A DNA stretch of 64,000 nucleotides from Squalus acanthias (Eukaryota): NCBI GenBank assembly GCA_030390025.1, contig CM059432.1:123816001-123880000 (forward strand). The letters run 5' to 3'. Below, piece after piece: positions 35,320 to 48,508 of the stretch. Each line of letters begins with the position of its first letter. The stretch's first letter is position 1. The notes under the pieces are model-generated. The model did not search any database. It was not told the origin of the DNA and was given only the letters and a program-made list of their open reading frames with translations. A program made the position numbers and the translations under genes.

Positions 35320-36272
35320 GGTGATGTCACGGACAGGTTCCCCGCTCGGATGTCAGCCTGATTGACAGGCTGGCTTCCAGTCGGGCGGAGATGCTGGAGA
35401 GGAGGCCACAACCACAAGTCGGTGTGAACCTTGACATGGGGGGCAGGGGGGTTCCGATCCTGGGGGTCCGATCCCCGACCCCGAAGGGGCATCCGATCCC
35501 AGGGGTGGGGGGGAGGGTGGGTCCGATCCCTGACCTCGAAGGGGCATCCGATCCCGGAGTGGGGTGGGTCCGATCCCTGACCCCGAAGGAGCATCCGATC
35601 CCGGGGTGGAGGGGGGGGGGTGGGTCCGATCCCTGACCCCGAAGGGGCATCCGATCCCGGAGGGGGGTGGGTCCGATCCCTGACCCCGAAGGAGCATCCG
35701 ATCCCGGAGGGGGGTGGTTCCGATCCCTGACCCTAAAGGGGCATCCGATCCCGGAGGGGGGTGGGTCCACTCCCCGACCCCGAAGGGGCATCCGATCCTG
35801 GAGGGGGGGGGGGGCGGTGGGGCACGATCCCCGACTCTGGGGTGGGGTCCAATCCCTGACCCCGGGGGTGGGGGGGGGAGGGCGTGGTTTGTATAGGGAG
35901 GGGGGAGGCTGATGGTGGGGGAGGTTGGGGGCCGGGAGGAAGCACGCCTGCTTCTTCCGGCCCACAAAAATTGCTCCCTGAGGCTGTCCTCACGTCGCTG
36001 CAGCTGCTGGGAATCCCGAGGCCCGAGAACCCCGGCCGGCCACAGTTAAATCTGCACAGCAGGTTAAAGCAGAGGCTTCCAGCCTCATTGTAATATTTAA
36101 AGTGCCAACCTGCCTCCTGGCAGCGGGTTGGCTGCCTGCCTCCCGTCCCGCCTCCGTTAAACCCAAAATTGGGCGGGTTGGAGGCGGGTTGGGGGTCAGA
36201 ATTCACATTTTTAATACTTTAACCTCCCACCCGTCCCCAACCCACCCATTTATTGGTGTTAAAATTCCCCCC
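35320..36272. mobile_element. Family C MITE with expanded minisatellite (left end unclear)
   Basis: Right end GTTAAAATTCCCCC and preceding ~250 bp match 25700-25974. Confidence 0.6.
35445..35880. repeat. G-rich minisatellite, ~42-45-bp unit, ~9 copies
   Basis: Repeats of CCGATCCCTGACCCCGAAGGGGCATCCGATCCCGG(G-run). Confidence 0.9.
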
Positions 36273-36980
36273 AGGAGTTTGCAGCAACTCATATCTATAA
36301 TCCCAGCTATCTTTCACCTACCTTCTATAATTAAGAGATCCTCCATACTCATGAACTTGTCCAGTTCCATTCTGAAGGACATTAGGGAACCCATACTTAC
36401 CACATGTCTGGTCATTTGTTTCAGAGGCTGATGACTCTTTGTGAAAATAAATATTTCCTCGCATCTAACCTAACTCTGCTTTTGTATCTTGTATTCATGA
36501 CCTGTAGCTCTCTCATCTCTATCCAACTCAAATAACCTATCTACAGAAAACGGAATCTCTTCCCTTCATTGTTGAGAATCTTCAATCATATAGGTTGAGT
36601 TCTCCAACGCATGCTAGTCAGATGTACCCTATTTGTTTGATTTGTGTTTCTAACGCCCACATATATTTTTGTGTCATCAGAAAAGTTGAGAATTTTTCCT
36701 TTAATATCTTCATCTACATCATTAATGACGATATTGATGAGCAATGGTACCAACACAGATGACACTGCAGCCAATTAGCCAATTAGCTATCTAGCTTAAA
36801 CTTTGCAGAATAAGGGCTGCATGTATTTGCACCGTGTGTGGGCAGGAGCAGATTTCTTATTGGCTCAATTGGAGGACAAGACACACCCAACACTTTGTCT
36901 GGAATATGTAATTTGATCCTGTCATTGTCAAGCAGGCTACAGAGTTCAGACAAGGCACAGTGCTAACACTATTGCTTTCT

Positions 36981-37776
36981 GAGAACACACAGCGCTCACA
37001 CTGACGAGTTCAGGAACACACAGCGCTCACACTGACGAGTTCAGAGCACACACAGCGCTCACACTCACGAGTTCAGAGCACACACAGCGCTCACACTGAC
37101 GAGTTCAGAGCACACACAGCGCTCACACTGACGAGTTCAGCGAACACACAGCGCTCACACTGACGAGTTCAGCGAACACACACAGCGCTCACACTGACGA
37201 GTTCAGCGAACACACAGCGCTCACACTGACGAGTTCAGAGCACACACAGCGCTCACACTGACGAGTTCAGAGAACACACAGCGCTCACACTGACGAGTTC
37301 AGAGCACACACAGCGCTCACACTGACGAGTTCAGAGCACACACAGCGCTCACACTGACGAGTTCAGAGAACACACAGCGCTCACACTGACGAGTTCAGAG
37401 CACACACAGCGCTCACACTGACGAGTTCAGAGCACACACAGCGCTCACACTGACGAGTTCAGAGCACACACAGCGCTCACACTGACGAGTTCAGAGCACA
37501 CACAGCGCTCACACTGACGAGTTCAGCGCACACACAGCGCTCACACTGACGAGTTCAGAGCACACACAGCGCTCACACTGACGAGTTCAGAGCACACAGC
37601 GCTCACACTGACGAGTTCAGAGCACACAGCGCTCACACTGACGAGTTCAGAGCACACAGCGCTCACACTGACGAGTTCAGAGCACACAGCGCTCACACTG
37701 ACGAGTTCAGAGCACACACAGCGCTCACACTCACGAGTTCAGCGAACACACAGCGCTCACACTGACGAGTTCAGGG
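36981..37776. repeat. Minisatellite, 30-34-bp unit, ~25 copies
   Basis: Head-to-tail CACACAGCGCTCACACTGACGAGTTCAGAG. Varies mainly in (CA)n length. Confidence 0.95.
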
Positions 37777-38569
37777 AACGTGCTTCAGCCCACAGGCTCC
37801 GGCTAGGAGCATGCCCGGCGGAACATCGGGTGCGCATGCATAGCTCCAGGCGGACGATGTTCAGACTCACTAGACGTGTGCGCATGCGCAGAAATACTCA
37901 TTCACACTGTCAGCAATCACATAATATCCTTCTGTGTGGCATTTTATCAAAAGTTTTCTGGAAATCAAGATATACAACATCAGCTGGGTTACCATCATCC
38001 ACCAACCTCATTATCTCTTCAAATAATTCAGCCAGGATAGTGAGAAAGGACTTCTGCTTTCTAAAGCCATGTTGGGACACATAATGACTGTCAATCTCTC
38101 CAAGTGATCATACAACATATCACTAATAATACCTTCCAGCATCTTCCCTACAACTGAAATCAAAATAACTGGGCAATAATTCCCAGAGTCTGCTTTATTA
38201 TGCTTTTTAAATATTGGAACTACTTGGACCTCCCTCCAGTCCCTCCAGACCTCAACATGCTGTTAAGTATATAAGCCATTGGTTCACATTTCGTTTAGCA
38301 CTCTGGAGTGACTGTCATCAAGTCAACAGCCCAGTCAGTCTTACAGAGCCTGAGCCGGAGTCAGGACCATTTTTGCTTTAATTTCCAGGGATTCAATTTT
38401 GGGATCATGTGGATAATCATTTGGATTATCTGTCAGCACTGACAACTTAACCTCATCTTTCATATAGAAAACAGATGGAAAGTATCTATTTAGTACCTCA
38501 ATCAAATCTTGGTCCTCAATCCTTAATTGTTAATTATTAATCCTAATCTATGATTAATCTCGTAAAAGG

Positions 38570-39160
38570 TATTCTGCGGTGAGTTTCTCACCTCCTGACT
38601 CCCCAAAGCCTTTCCACCATCTACAAAGCACAAGTAAGGAGTGTGATGGAATACTCTCCACTTGCCTGGATGAGTGCAGCTCCAACAACACTCAAGAAGC
38701 TCGACACCATCCAGGACAAAGCAGCCCGTTTGATTGGCACCCCATCCACCACCTTAAACATTCACTCCTCCACCACCGGCGTACCGTGGCTGAAGTGCGT
38801 ACCATCTACAAGATGCACTGCAGCAACTCGCCAAGGCGTCTTCGGCAGCACCTCCCAAACCCGCGACCTCTTCCACCTAGAAGGACAAGGGCAGCAGATG
38901 CATGGGAATGCACCACCTCCAAGTTTCCCTCCAAGTCACACATCATCCTGACTTGGAAGTATATCGCTGATCCTTCATCGTCGCTGGGTCAAAATCCTGG
39001 AACTCCCTCCCTAACAGCACTGTGGGAGTACCTTCACCACACGGACTGCAGCGGTTCAAGAAGGTGGCTCACCACCACCTTCTCAAAGGCAATTAGAAAT
39101 GGGCAATAAATGCTGGCCTTGCCAGCGATGCTCACATCCGTGAACGAATAAAAAAAAAGA
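38570..39160 (+). mobile_element. CR1-like LINE 3' portion
   Basis: MEYSPLAWMSAAPTTLKKLDTIQDKAARLIG, conserved tail and A-run. It sits within older minus-strand CR1 remnants (~36270-36770, ~37900-38560). Confidence 0.8.
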
Positions 39161-42100
39161 ATCTAATCGCTTTCTGACTTACTGAACAAATCTTTCTGTC
39201 ACTACTACACCTTATTCACAATTATCTTGTCTACTGCTCTTTTAGCCTTTTCAATAGTGGCTCTCATTAACCTCAACTGCATCTTATACAAGAAGTTCAA
39301 ATCAATAATCTAATATAGACAAAAATACTTCTTTGTCCCAGCCTTTAACAGGGTGACAAATGTTCTACTTCCACCACCCATGAGAACTCTTACTTGGCCC
39401 TCAAACTGCCTTTGTCGAATAGTTAATGCTGGGAAATGTGGCAGTTCCCAACTAGCAACAGAATCACTAACTAAATAGGTTTCGACGAGTTCCCTGATTT
39501 ATCTGATTATGATACCAACCTGCACAAACCCACCCTCTCCCATCCTGCTTACATGCTGGTATTGTTTTAGCATACCCACGCGTAATTCTTGGGACAACAA
39601 GGCACACTGCATTAGCCAGAGGAAAATACAGCTCAATCATTTATTGGGCTTTATCCATATTAGTTTCAAACCCTCAAATAAATGGCAGTGCAAGCCAGCA
39701 CCAGTTCCCCCCAAAGGTCCTAATTAAAGCAATGCTGCATGTTACTCAGAAGAGACCCTAAACTCCTTATTGCGGGGAGAGGGGCAAAAGGTTTTTTTGG
39801 AGTTATATTAAGGCTGCTATTTTCTCTGTTGTGCAATTATTGTTAAAATTATGGTTACTTATATGGTTGAAATAAGCCTAACACCTGTTTAAGAATTCTA
39901 CTCAGTGGTGATTCCTGTATTATGATTAATGGCTGAGGATTTTTATCAGCATCTAATAATGGAAGGATAGAGAGGAGCTGCACGATTGCCCCAGAGTGAG
40001 ACTAATAACAGAATTACCAAGCATTAATATTCCATTGTTAGAATATTTAATTAATATGGTTTAAAACTAAATAGCCATCGCTTAGCTCCAGACACTTTAG
40101 CAAGAGTGTCACTGGTCAGAAGGAAAAGTTGAGTCTTGTCTTTGTGTGTGAACAAAAGGACAGTTTGGAAACTAAAAGACAGAGAATGTTGAAGTTTCAA
40201 AACTATGATAACACCCAAGTCAAGAGAATCAGGCACCAAGATAAGGGGTGCAGTTGCTAAGACACCAACATACCGCAGTAACTGATAGCATTGAAAGAAT
40301 GCGAAGGCAGCTAACGCAAAAGGCCATGAGAAACAGATAAGAGGAGAGTCTACACATTACAAAGGATGTGTACATGCAGCCCAAGACAGCCGAATAACAT
40401 AAAGATAGAGTACGCTCCTTCCAAAAGTTAGAATTTTGGGGACGGTCAGAAGTCCACAGCCAAGCAGGCAGCCTCAAGGGCTGGAATTGATCACTCTGGG
40501 CCTTGGAGCCAGGTTGTATTACTTGCTTATTATTTAATTTAATCTGAAGACAGTTGTATTATAACACGGTTGAGCCAATATATATATAAAAACTTGTTGT
40601 TGAATAAACCACTCAGGCCTGAATCACGCGGAAGTTATTGTTGACGGACTAACGACTCTTTGTTGCGACAGTAACCAGGGTAGAAATCTGCTATCGCCCA
40701 TTGTTACATTAGAAGAAGACAGAGCCAGATGGAAAAGAACAATCACCGACAACAAAATAGAGAACGACCTAAAAAGAATATACAGAAGGAACAGGCAGTG
40801 AAAGAGGCTCACAAAGAAGAGAAAGAAGACAGGGAGAAATTAATGCTAAATTGTTAGGAATGGGAGAGATACATTATCCTATTTCTGGGCAAGCCTTTGG
40901 CTAAGTGGTAACATTCACGCCTTTGAGTCAGAAGGTGACCATGGTTCAAACCCCACTCCAGACAATCCCAGCTGCGGGTCTGAACTCTGGGTTAACATTC
41001 AGTGGGCTACTCATGTCCGGTGGGTGTGGGTGCCCAATCCCCAACCCCCACCCTCCACCCTTCATCGTATGGGTTGTGGGAGCCTGTGAAACCCTCTCAC
41101 TGTATAGGGCAAACCACCTATCTGCTGATATAAAGATGGTTACGGCCATGGAAGAGTGCCTGTCAGCCTGTTAATCAACCTACACATCCTTCCACTAATT
41201 CACACTATTCTCCAAGGGGTGAGTGGGAAGATATGAAAATGACAACAACCTATTTCTAAATCAAACTACTTAAGCAGCTGAGATGAATAGTTATGTGGAT
41301 ATATGCTGGAAAATAAAGTGAAAGAGACAATTCAATTCCAATGAGTCTGCATCTCAAAACTGTTCTCTTTCTTAGTATTACCAACATTAATTCCACAGGC
41401 TTTCTTGGACATACCATAAGGATAGAAACAAAGTGCATGAAGGAACATCAGCCTAGAAATTGGACAAGGCCCGAAAACAGGCGCGGGGATCGCGATGCAC
41501 AATTAACCCGCGCCCATCCCTTCCGATGCAGGCAGCATGCAAACTTCATGCTGCCTGCTAATTTAAATGACAGCAGCATGCAGTCCAGTGCTGAACGCGC
41601 TGTTGAGTGACTGCACGCCTCAGCAGGGTGCCCAAGTTCATGCGAGGCTAGCACCACTTAAAGCTAGCCTGCACTACTTAAAGCCAGTCTGCACCTCTTA
41701 AAGGGGAGGTGCATTCTGACTGGAGCAGGAGCTGGATGTGGCTGGGGAAGACATTCTGAGAAGGAAGAACACTGACTAATGGTGCAACAGGGCAGAGAGC
41801 GTGCTCCAAGGTTCTCAGACACAGCAGAACTGGAGGCCTTGGTGCAGGAGGTAGACAGGAGAAGAGAGGTCCTCTATCCTCAGTGGGCTAGGAGGCCCTC
41901 CAGACAAACTGTGAGAAGGCAATGGGTGCAGATAGCCATGGTGGTCAATGTCAGCAGTGTAGCCCTGAGGACCTGGATGCAGTGCTGCAAGAAGTTTAAT
42001 GACCTCACATGAGTGGTCAAGGTCAGTGAATTCATCTTCACATGCCATATATCACCATCTGCACCACTAGCCTCACACACTGCTCAATGCAACACAACCC

Positions 42101-43097
42101 GATCACTCACCTACCAACAATCTCTACCAAACATGACTCATACCTCACATTCATAGCTTCACCCACCCTCACACACTTACCACTGCTGCAAGCCTCACAC
42201 ATCTCAAAGCTTGCATACACTGCCAGCTGTTCAACCATGACAGGCACATCACCCAAATACGTTGCACCACACTCACTTCCCTCTCTCTTGCAGGACAAGG
42301 TGGCTCATAACTGGAGGCAGCAGGAGCTAACCGAAGGGGGACAGGCACGGCTGCATGACCTAACCCCCATGGAGGAGATGGTGCTGGAGATTATTGGAGC
42401 GGCCATCGCTGAGGCTGTGGCCAATGGCAGCACTGAAATCATCAAAGATGACAGTTTCCTCATACCTAATCCTCCTTCTCACATCCCACTTCCCCCTCAT
42501 CCCACAATCTCTTCTGACGTAAAAGCTGCAGATGATGTAAGCATGCACCTCTTGCTTTCCCACCCCCCTCTCCTCATCGCCATTCTACCCTTGTGCCTTT
42601 CTCCTTTCAGATAGCCAAGAACTACAACCTGGTCAGGCAGTTGTGGAGGAGCAAGAACTGGAAGAGGAAGATGGCAGTGATGATGAAGATGCACCGTCAC
42701 TCGATTTCACACTCGCAGCCACCAGCTCAGATACTGCGCAGAGTTTAGAGGGTAGCTTAGACACGGCATCTGCACGTGATGAGACGCCGGGCACGAGTGG
42801 CCTGCAGCCAGGGCAGGGAGCAAGGATAGCGCAGATGCCAGCTCGCCAGAGGGCAAGGTCACACAAGAGTTCTGCTGCAGAGGATTCAGATGAGGATTTC
42901 AATAGGGAGGCCTACAGAAGAAGCTGATGGGTATGCACAATGAAATGCTTGGTGCATTGACAGGCCTGCCCGAAAGCCTGCGTACAATGTCAAGGAGCAT
43001 GGAGGAGTCCAGCACCAACATTGCACAGGGATTTACGCAGATCTTGGAGCCCATCCTTTCCAGCATGGAAGTGATGGGCAACTCCATTCGCGCACTG

Positions 43098-44955
43098 GGT
43101 CAGTGGCAGCTTGGATAAGGAATTGGCTTAAGGACAGAAAACAGCGAGTTGTGGTAAATGGCTGTTTTTCAGACTGGAGGATGGTAGACAGTGGTGTTCC
43201 CCAAGGGTCAGTGCTGGGGCCACTGCTTTTTTTGATATTTATAAATGACCTGGATATTGGAATACAGAGTAGAATTTCTAAATTTGCCGATGGCACCAAA
43301 TTTGGGGATGTGGCAAACAGTGATGATGATACCAATCGACTACAACAGGACATAGAAAGGCTAGCAGAATGGGCAGACAAGTGGCAGATGTAATTTAATA
43401 CAGAGAAGTGTGAGGTGATGCATTTTGGCAGAAGGAACAGGGAGAGGCAATATACACTTAATGGCACAGTTTTAAAGAGTGTGCAGGGACAGAGGGACCT
43501 GGGAGTTAATGTGCATAGGTCCCTGAAGGTGGCAGGACATATTGAGAGAGTGGTTAGCAAAGCATATGGGATCTTGGGTTTCACAAATAGGGGTATTGGG
43601 CAGAATTTTCATTGACCCGTGGAGGCGGATTTGGAGGCGTGTGGGTTGGGAAAATAGCAGATTCGGGGGTCCCGAACCCATCCCGCCCCCAACCCGCCTC
43701 CATGCCAGTTTCACAGGAGGCGGACACCCGACCTGTGCTGGGACCCGCCTCCCTGAGGCGGGAAGGGGATTAGTGCCAATAAACTGCCTGTTAACAGGCA
43801 GTTTTTTGCCTAATCCCTATTTTTAGCCCTGAAGTGTGGGCTTCCCGACAGGTCCGAACCATGCCGATTTAGCGAGGTGGACCGTCGGTCTGGAGTGCTT
43901 GGAGGGGTCGAGATGTCCGGTGTGCAGGTGAGTGATGGGTGCATGAGTGCAGAGGTAAGTGTGTTTGGTGTGTGTAAAGTGTTTTAAGAGCTTGTACTTA
44001 CCTTAATTTTGTCCTGCAGGCTTCCTTCCTTCAGTTCTCGGGAGTCCCTCACATCCACGGCACAGAATGCAGAATGGCCGCGGAGCTGTCAAAAGCTGCA
44101 GTCTCTGCTTTCTGTGCTGGATTGATTTCTAACTGAATCTAAGCTCTTGACAGATGAAATTTCAATACCTGACCTTACCTGTATCGAAGGGACCCTTGAT
44201 TGGCCTGCTAAGCCCACTGGGCGGGCTTAACAAGGTCAATCAAGGGAAAATATGGTGGGTTGGCCACAAGTCGATGGAGGCGGGACTACAACCCAAAAAG
44301 TGGGAGTCCCGCTTTCATCACGGCCCCACTGACAAAATCCAGCCCATTGAGTACAAAAGTAGAGAAGTTAGGCTGAACCTTTATAAAGCGCTAGTTAGGC
44401 CACAACTGGAGTATTGCATCCAGTTCTGGTCACCACACTTTAGGAAGGATGTGAAGGCCCTTGAGAGGGTGCAGAGGAGATTTACCAGAATGGTTCCGGG
44501 GATGGGGGATCTTAGCAAAAAGGACAGGTTGGAGAAGATGGATTTGTTTTCATTAGAGCAAAGGAGGTTGAGGGGTGATTTGATAGAGGTGTACAAGATT
44601 ATGACAGGTCTGGATAGGCTAGGCAGGGAAAGGCTGTTCCCACTAGTTGATGATACAAGTACTAGGGGACACAGAATTAAGGTTTTGGGCAAGAGATACA
44701 GGGGGGACGTGAGGAAAAACTTTTTTACGCAGTGCGTGGTGAGGACCTGGAACTCGCTGCTGACAGAAGTGGTGGAAGCGGAGACACTCAATGTTTTCAA
44801 GGGGAGACTGGATAGGCACTTGAGGGAAATAAACTTGCAGGGCTACAGGGATAGAGCGGGGAAATGGGAATGACTGGATTGCTCTACAGAGAGCTGATAT
44901 GGACTCGATGGGCCAAATGGCCTCCTTCTGAGCCGTTATGACTCTATGATTCTAT
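43098..44955 (+). mobile_element. 5'-truncated CR1 LINE
   Basis: GVPQGSVLGPLLFLIFINDLD..KFADGTK, RPQLEYCIQFWSP, (TCTATGAT)n tail. Confidence 0.9.
43598..44345. mobile_element. Family B Harbinger MITE inside CR1
   Basis: GGGCAGAATTTT / AAAATCCAGCCC termini and ATT TSD. Removing it restores CR1 NRGIEYKS. Confidence 0.85.
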
Positions 44956-45706
44956 GGGGTAAAAATTGAGTCGCGCCCCCTTTGGGGCGCTAACCTCGCC
45001 GGGGCGCGACTTTTAGCGCCCCGAAAAAATTAGCGGCCCCGCGCCGGAACTTCAGTGGTTGCGCCCCAAGAGGGAAGCGGGGCGCCACTGGAAGCACCCC
45101 GCATCCCTCTTGGGGCGCTGCGAGTGAATATCCTGGCGCTACGTGCCGCAGCGCCACGGTATTGCAGGCCTTCCTCCCCTTCTTAAAGGGGAGGGACCCT
45201 GCGCAGCGCGAACCGGGGCCCAGCTGGGCCCCCAGGGATCGGGAGTGCCGGCAAAAGAGCCCGGCACTCAAGAGAAGTGCCGGGCTCTTGGAGCGCAGCC
45301 GGCACTTCACGGTGGGGGGGCTTCACGGGGGCCGGGGACAGCAACGGGGGCAGGTGCTGGCAGGCGGCCAGCAACAAAAATGGCCGCCTGCCACCTCCCC
45401 TTTAAATATCACCGCCCCGGCCGCACGTACGCCTCCCTGAACCCGTCGGACATAGCGTCTGGCGGTAAATCAGGGGGCGCGACTGAAGATCACGGCCGGG
45501 GCGCGAGCGGGGTGCTGCGCACGGCGATGACGTCATCGCCGGCGGCGCAGCGCCACAGGGCGCTACCGGCTGCCGCCGCCGCTAACCTCCCACTAAATTT
45601 TTCGGGAGGCGTGGGCGGCGCTGCGCCCGGGCGTTAGCTGCTTTACGCCCCATTAGCGCCCTCTTAAGGCGCTAACGGGAGGCGCAAGCAGCTGAATTTT
45701 TCCCCC
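44956..45706. mobile_element. Family A MITE in the CR1 tail microsatellite
   Basis: GGGGTAAAAATT / AATTTTTCCCCC termini and TAT TSD. Confidence 0.85.
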
Positions 45707-46282
45707 TATGATTCTATGACTTGTGGACCCAACCATGATGCAATGTCTGATGGCCTGTGTCTCAGGTTTCATTGCAGCACAAGCAGAAGCCACCCACCTT
45801 TTGGGTGCTTCCATGCAAGCTCAGACTGCTGCCATCGTGGCTGCGGTTACTAGTGTTGAAAGGGCTTGCAGGGTGTCACAGAAGTTCTGCAATCTGTCCT
45901 CAAACTAGGATTGCTGAGGCGCCATCCCAGGGCAGTGGCAGTGGCTCCGTGGAGCAAGAACCTGCTGTCCTCTCTCAGGATGACAGCATTCGTCCTCCCA
46001 CCACTGCCACTCTGCCAGTGCCCTCGCTGTTGCCTGTCAGTCAGCCCATGGCGAGATGGTGCAATCTGAAGCTGGGCCTACTAGGCTTGGAGCTGTTTGA
46101 GGTCGTACTGCAAAGTCATCTGCAGTCTTCCCCACTAAAAGTCAGCCGCCTTCCACCAGCCACGCTGCAGCCACTGGGGTAGCACTGCGTAGGAGCACTA
46201 GGATAGGCAAAGGTACACGGAAGACAGGCACTAAGGAAATGCACAAGTGTGATTAGTTGACTTTGGTATGTAATATTGGATG

Positions 46283-48386
46283 ACAAGGCCATGTTCTAAG
46301 CATTTCACAGAGGAGGGGACCATTGCAGTTGGCTTTCCCTACCCCTCTCTGCTGGTTACACCTCCCCAGAGGTCTGTGTCCTTTCCAACTCTGGCGTTAA
46401 AGTCGCCAAGGAGGATCAGCTTGTTGCCCGTTGGGACTCGGGACAGGGATTGTTCGAGGCTGAAGTAGAATTCCTCTTTGGTCTCGTCTGTGGATTCCAG
46501 TGTTGGGGAGTACGCACTGATGACCGTAGCGCACTGGTTCTGGGCTAGAGTGAGCCGTAGAGTCATGAAGCGTTTGTTTATTCCACAAGGGGAGTCTCTG
46601 AGACGTTCAACTAGCTCATTTTTTATGGCGAACCCTACTCCATGGAGGCAGCGTTCTTCTTCAGGTTTGCCTTTCCAGAAGAAGGTGTAACCACCGCCTT
46701 GCTCCTTGAGCCGGGTCTCGCTTAGAGCGGCGATGTCTATGTCGAAACGTCTGAGCTCCCGGGCAACGATAGCAGTACGGCGTTCCGGTCTGTCGCTGTT
46801 GGCGTTGTCCATGAGGGTCCTGACGTTCCAGGTCCCAAACTTCATTTTAAAGGGTGGAAGATGCCTGTGCATGAATTCTTTTAACGTGGGGTGGCCGTTG
46901 CACACCAGCTACCACACGGGCTTGACAGAGCAAGGTCTTGGTCCAATGGCAAGGGTTTCCAAGACGATTGGAGACCAGGCTCTGCTACATCGGCCTAGCA
47001 CACACACACAAACGTACTCCTTCTTTGACCTCACAAAGGCCTTCGACACCGGCAACCGTGAGGGATTATGGAGTGTCCTCCTCAAATTCGGCTGCCCTCA
47101 AAAGTTTGTCACCATCCTCCGCCTGCTTCACGATGACATGCAAGCCGTGATCCTGATCAACGGACCCACCACAGACCCAATTCACGTACGGACCGGGGTC
47201 AAGCAAGGCTATGTCATCGCACCAACGCGCTTCTCGATCTTCCTGGCTGCAATGCTCCATCTCACCCTCAGTAAGCCCCCCGCTGGAGTGGGGCTAATCT
47301 ACAGAACAAACGGGAAACTGTTCAACCTCTGTCACCTCCAGTCCAGTTCCAAGGTTGTCCCATCCTCTGTCATCGAATTACAGTATGCAGACGACGCTTG
47401 CGTCTGCGCACACTCTGAGGTCGAACTCGAAACCATCGTCAACACCTTCACCAAAGCGTACGAGAACATGGGCCTTACAGTAAACATCCGTAAGACAAAG
47501 GTCCTCTGCTAACCTGCCCCCGCCACACAGTACTGCTCCCCGATTATCAAAATCCATGACGAGGCCTTGGACAACGTGAACCACTTTCCATACCTCGGGA
47601 GCCTACTGTCAACAAGGGCAGACGTCGATAACGAAGCCCAACACCGCCTTCAGTGTACCAGTGCAGCCTTCGGTCGCCTGAGGAAGAGAGTGATTGAAGA
47701 TCAGGACCTCAAACCCAGCACCAAGCTCATGGTCTACAGAGCAGTAGTGATACCCGCCCTGCTGTATGCTTCAGAGACATGGACCATGTACCCTAGGCAC
47801 GTCAAAGCACTGGAGAGGTACCACCAACGCTGCCTCCGCAAGATCCTGCAAATCCATTGGCAGGATAGGCGCACCAACATCAGTGTTCTCGCTCAGGCCA
47901 ACATCCCCAGCAACGAAGCTTTGACCACGCTCGATCAGCTCCGATGGACGGGCCACATCGTCCGCATGCCCGATACGAGACTCCCAAAACAAGCGTTCTA
48001 CTCGGAGCTCTGACACGGCAAGAGAGCCCCAGGTAGGCAGAGGAAACGCTTCAAGGACACCCTCAAAGCCTCCTTGAAAAAGTGCAACATCCCCACCGAC
48101 ACCTGGGAATCCCTGGCCCAAGACCGCACAAAGTGGAGGAGAAGCATCCGGGAAGGCGCCGAACACCTCGAGTCTCTTCGCCAGGAGCAAGCGGAAGCCA
48201 AGCGCAAACAGTGGAAGGAGCACACGTCAACCCAAACATCCCACCCACCCGCCCCTTCAACCACCGTCTGCCCCACCTGTGACAGAGACTGTAGGTCCCG
48301 CATTGGATTCATCAGTCACCTGAAAACCCATTTTTAGTGTGGAAGCAAGTCATCCTCGGTTCCGAGGGACTGCCTAAGAAGAAGAA
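46283..48386 (+). mobile_element. RTE-clade LINE with 5' inversion
   Basis: 13-bp TSD GTAATATTGGATG. Endonuclease (MKFGTWNVRTL...LGDFNARVG) on minus at 46283-46905, RT (FDLTKAFD, GVKQG, YADD) on plus, C-terminal C2H2 finger, (GAA)n tail. Confidence 0.92.
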
Positions 48387-48508
48387 GTAATATTGGATGG
48401 TTTCATTTATAAATTTGGATTGGAATGTTTGTTTTGTGGTGCCTTTTATTGCAGCATTGTGGCCAAGAGGACAGAGGGAAGGTAAGGTATGGGACTGTTG
48501 GTGAATGG

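Larger units (their letters stand above)
41779..46260 (+). pseudogene. Harbinger Myb/SANT DNA-binding protein gene, spliced and disrupted
   Basis: MVQQGRERAPRFSD..LEALVQEV..W..RTWMQCCKKFNDL. Donor AAG|GTCAGT at ~42021, acceptors TTGCAG|GAC (42294) and TTTCAG|ATA (42611). Broken by CR1 at ~43098 and resumes at ~45720. Confidence 0.7.

Noticed and set aside
34911..36206. Several 150-230-aa Pro/Gly-rich ORFs
   Set aside because: They are products of the G-rich minisatellite.
36981..37776. CRISPR array or tandem hammerhead (units contain CTGACGA)
   Set aside because: There are no unique spacers or cas genes, the context is eukaryotic, and no GAAA or helix II completes a hammerhead.
40036..40670. 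Second solo LTR (TG start, AATAAA, CA end)
   Set aside because: No matching TSD and no second copy in the window.
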